A stretch of 11,045 bases of DNA from Fibrobacterota bacterium (lineage in GTDB: Bacteria > Fibrobacterota > Fibrobacteria > UBA11236). The stretch lies in NCBI GenBank assembly GCA_043753995.1, contig JAYUVP010000239.1:1-11045 (forward strand). Direction: 5' to 3'. Each line of letters opens with the position of its first letter. The first letter of the stretch is position 1. Both the position numbers and the translations under genes were made by a program. Shown one piece after another: positions 8,582 through 11,045 of this stretch. The notes under the pieces were generated by a model. The model saw only the letters and a list, made by a program, of their open reading frames with translations, had not been told where the DNA came from and made no database searches.

Positions 8582-9253
8582 TCAGCGAGCTTCATTCCAA
8601 GCGAGGAGGTAAACATGGGCGTTACGTCCATGGGTCTGGCTTATTTCCTCTCGCCTTACGTTAAAGCCTTGAGTTTGCGCTATATGCAAAAATTTTTCTG
8701 AACTATATCGGCCATTGTCCCCAAACCAAGCCTCGCCCCCGGGCTTGAGATATTTGCGCAAAAAATCGAGTACTGGGTCTATTAATTCCTGGGCATAAAG
8801 CATTTCCCCGCCCAAAATGCGATCGAAAACCATGGTCATGGCGGGGCGAGTGAAGTCCGAGCAAAACACCCGATGCCGGGAGAGTCCATGGGCCGCCAAA
8901 TTCAACGCGGTGAGTGCACACGCCTCGGGATTGCGATCGAGACACCAGGGTTGAATTCCATAACGAAGCTTCAAAAAGCAAGCCATGACACCACCGCCAC
9001 AGCCTAAATCCAGCACGTCGAGATTTTGCGACCAATTCTGGTGTGCATCGAGGTAGGCAGCCAAGGCCAGAGTGGCCGGCCAATTTTCCAAATAATAGGG
9101 CCAATGCAATTCATTCACCCCAAAACGGGCGACAATGACTTGCAGGGTAGCATCATCATAGGGGGGTAAAAGCAATTCCAGGCTTTTTTCGCCCAGTGGC
9201 AAAAGACGCTTTTCTAGGGGTATGCCGCTTAAGCCCGAAGGCGACTCAGGCAT
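8582..9253 (-). CDS. Class I SAM-dependent methyltransferase, family-16 (METTL20/21-like, probable protein methyltransferase)
   Basis: PYYLENWPATLALAAYL precedes motif I VLDLGCGGG. Post-II FDRILGGEMLY fits the (D/E)xx(Y/F) signature of this family. Also LKPGG. Confidence 0.82.
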   Translation of the reverse strand: MPESPSGLSGIPLEKRLLPLGEKSLELLLPPYDDATLQVIVARFGVNELHWPYYLENWPATLALAAYLDAHQNWSQNLDVLDLGCGGGVMACFLKLRYGIQPWCLDRNPEACALTALNLAAHGLSRHRVFCSDFTRPAMTMVFDRILGGEMLYAQELIDPVLDFLRKYLKPGGEAWFGDNGRYSSEKFLHIAQTQGFNVRREEISQTHGRNAHVYLLAWNEAR

Positions 9254-9277
9254 GGTGTCCCATGCTACAATCCAGGG
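9254..9277. promoter_or_regulatory. Putative bidirectional promoter with overlapping -10 elements in a 24-bp divergent gap
   Basis: + strand: extended -10 TGcTACAAT (9263-9271), 6 nt before GTG 9278. - strand: TAGCAT (9267-9262), 8 nt before ATG 9253. Confidence 0.5.
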
Positions 9278-10918
9278 GTGAGTCGAAATACAATCTCCTA
9301 TGCTTTGCGTCTTGCGGGGCTCAAAAGAGCCTGCGGAATCGTGATCGGAATCGGGCTCGGGATTGGGATATGGAATTGTGCCTTGAAGGTCGATGATCCG
9401 GTCGCCAATTTACAGGAAAAAATAGCCCAAGGCGTGAACCTCACCGATAGCCTTTTGATGGGACAATGGGAAGGCGATAGCACCTACACTCTCAGTGACA
9501 CGCGGGCGACGGTCTTCACGCAGAAACGGCTGCAATTGTGGCTTTATCGCGACGGGCGCTACCGCATCGGTGATTCGGGTCAGACTCTATTCCAAAAAAC
9601 CGAGACCGGCGTGTTCAATCGACTTGGCGACAGTCTTTGGCTAAGCCCAGATGTCGGTACCCAGGATATTTATATCGCCAAGCTCACCTTTATGGGCAAT
9701 TATCTCAGCCTATATCAACCTGCGAAGCGGCGATTTTGCTTTTTTCATCGCCTCCCTCGCCTCGATACCGTGGATCGCGAGTCCTATCTGTCACAAGGAC
9801 CAGGTCGGTGGATTTTAATTGCCTCGCGCGACTCCAGCGATCGATGGAAGCGGGAAAGTTGGACCCAGAATTTCGAGTATTGGATTTTCGGTGAATCACG
9901 ATGCAGACGCGAGCAATGGAAATTCGGCCAACCTAATATCGATACTACAACCGTTTCCCTGGGGGGCGATACCCTGAAGCTTTCAGGAAATACTCCGCGA
10001 GCTTTTATACTGGAGGCCCTGCATCGGGATACCTTGAGGCTTTGGCCACTGAGAGGACAGAAGACCGATTCCGGCTTTATCGACTTGGTCAGGCGTGACA
10101 GCGTTCCGCCAATGCACCGCGATTTGCAGGCTCTTCCTGGCTATTGGCGAACGGACAGTTTGAAGGACAGCTCGGCCTTACGTGTCTTGGACTATGACCA
10201 TTTTTATGACTTGGAATTCAGCCGCGATGGCGAATTGAAAACCACCCTCCACGGCATGGAATTGCCAGCTTTCACGACATGGAGTTTGGATTCAGGCATC
10301 ATCCGACTTTCGGGGAATTCCTCCGAAATCTATCGCCTCCCCTATCGTCTGACCACGATTGGAGATACCTCCCATCTCTTTTTCGAATTGGCGCCCCTGC
10401 CTTCAAGAAAATTCATTACGCGCTTTTACCTGACTCGCGTCAATGGTTCAAGCTTTGCCACCCATCCCGCCGCCCGCTTTCCCGAGCTTAGCCATGCCAT
10501 CCTTGTGGTCGGTAAGGACACCTTATCCTTTTTGCAAATGGCAAATTGGTCTAAAAGCGAGGGGGAAAAAGCGGAGTTGGCTGCCGCCTTGCCCGCGGAT
10601 ACGAGTTGGATGATTTTGCAATTACCCACTGTGGAAACCTTCAGCAGCGATCAACCAAAATTTCAGTTTCGGCTGATGGCAACCTTGCCCTCGCTCGGAA
10701 AATTTGAATGCGCGTCCACTGCAAACTTGCCTCTCACCATGCGCGTGATTGGATCGGTTTCCGGCCCTTCCCAGGCCGGGACCTTGCAAGGCAAATGCCG
10801 TCTTATTCACAGCGCCAAAGCCACCTCCGACACCGCCTTAGATGTGGCTGGAGAATATCGCGTTCGCCGAATTCAAAAGGGTCCCTTGCTTTCCCCATTA
10901 TGGACTCGACCCGAGTGA
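9278..10918 (+). CDS. Hypothetical exported protein, probable lipoprotein, with three tandem lipocalin-like beta-barrel repeats plus a C-terminal beta domain
   Basis: 546-aa ORF. A basic n-region and hydrophobic IVIGIGLGIGIW are followed by N-C34 (possible non-canonical lipobox). G-x-W motifs occur at aa 62, 176 and 288, with similarly spaced downstream motifs. The stop overlaps the next gene (GTGA). Confidence 0.75.
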   Translation: MSRNTISYALRLAGLKRACGIVIGIGLGIGIWNCALKVDDPVANLQEKIAQGVNLTDSLLMGQWEGDSTYTLSDTRATVFTQKRLQLWLYRDGRYRIGDSGQTLFQKTETGVFNRLGDSLWLSPDVGTQDIYIAKLTFMGNYLSLYQPAKRRFCFFHRLPRLDTVDRESYLSQGPGRWILIASRDSSDRWKRESWTQNFEYWIFGESRCRREQWKFGQPNIDTTTVSLGGDTLKLSGNTPRAFILEALHRDTLRLWPLRGQKTDSGFIDLVRRDSVPPMHRDLQALPGYWRTDSLKDSSALRVLDYDHFYDLEFSRDGELKTTLHGMELPAFTTWSLDSGIIRLSGNSSEIYRLPYRLTTIGDTSHLFFELAPLPSRKFITRFYLTRVNGSSFATHPAARFPELSHAILVVGKDTLSFLQMANWSKSEGEKAELAAALPADTSWMILQLPTVETFSSDQPKFQFRLMATLPSLGKFECASTANLPLTMRVIGSVSGPSQAGTLQGKCRLIHSAKATSDTALDVAGEYRVRRIQKGPLLSPLWTRPE

Positions 10919-11045
10919 GCCTTTCGATAATCTCAACAAGAACCCTAGGCGAGCCAACGCTACTGAGCGTTTTGATTCCCACGGTTGGGCGCGAAACCGT
11001 GCTTTGGAATACGGTCGAGGCCGTATTAAAGCAATTGCGAGACGA
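10915..11045 (+). CDS. Glycosyltransferase family 2, N-terminal fragment (continues beyond the window)
   Basis: Hand translation from GTG 10915 (overlaps the upstream TGA; in-frame ATG 10900 is an alternative): MSLSIISTRTLGEPTLLSVLIPTVGRETVLWNTVEAVLKQLRD. This matches the GT2 N-terminal pattern SVxIPTxxR...L...L.SVL.Q. Absent from the ORF track. Confidence 0.75.
   Translation, partial: MSLSIISTRTLGEPTLLSVLIPTVGRETVLWNTVEAVLKQLRD

Noticed and set aside
9344..9373. Degenerate 6-bp repeat (ATCGGA ATCGGG CTCGGG ATTGGG ATATGG)
   Set aside because: It simply encodes IGIGLGIGIW of the signal h-region; the units vary synonymously, so it is not a slippage tract.
1..11045. CRISPR arrays, tRNA/rRNA, riboswitches, IS/integrase or defence genes
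   Set aside because: I saw no spaced direct repeats, cloverleafs, transposase, recombinase or nuclease motifs. Intergenic gaps are all short (about 130 bp or less) and show no riboswitch consensus I recognise.

Overview
An 11 kb bacterial chromosomal segment, about 55% GC by eye, mostly housekeeping and cell-envelope genes. I saw no mobile element, CRISPR array or RNA gene. From left to right it holds: serA (- strand, runs off the left edge, missed by the ORF track); an exported hypothetical protein with an AMIN-like beta domain and a C-terminal hydrophobic/Pro-rich tail (-); a three-gene Fe3+/thiamine/polyamine-class ABC importer (+); a co-oriented - strand run of a family-16-type protein methyltransferase, a DPM1-like GT2 glycosyltransferase, pcm and a probably exported msrAB; and, divergent from that run across a 24-bp gap, a 546-aa putative lipoprotein with three tandem lipocalin-like repeats coupled to a second GT2 gene that runs off the right edge (also missed by the track). 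The best candidate for something new is the right half. The lipoprotein is strongly enriched in D-(S/T) motifs (19 of 34 Asp by hand count), which match the Bacteroidota protein O-glycosylation sequon. It has GT2 genes on both sides and appears to share a compact bidirectional, leaderless-type promoter with a protein modification/repair cluster. The functional link is inference only. An FCB-group origin (possibly Fibrobacterota) is my impression, not something shown.
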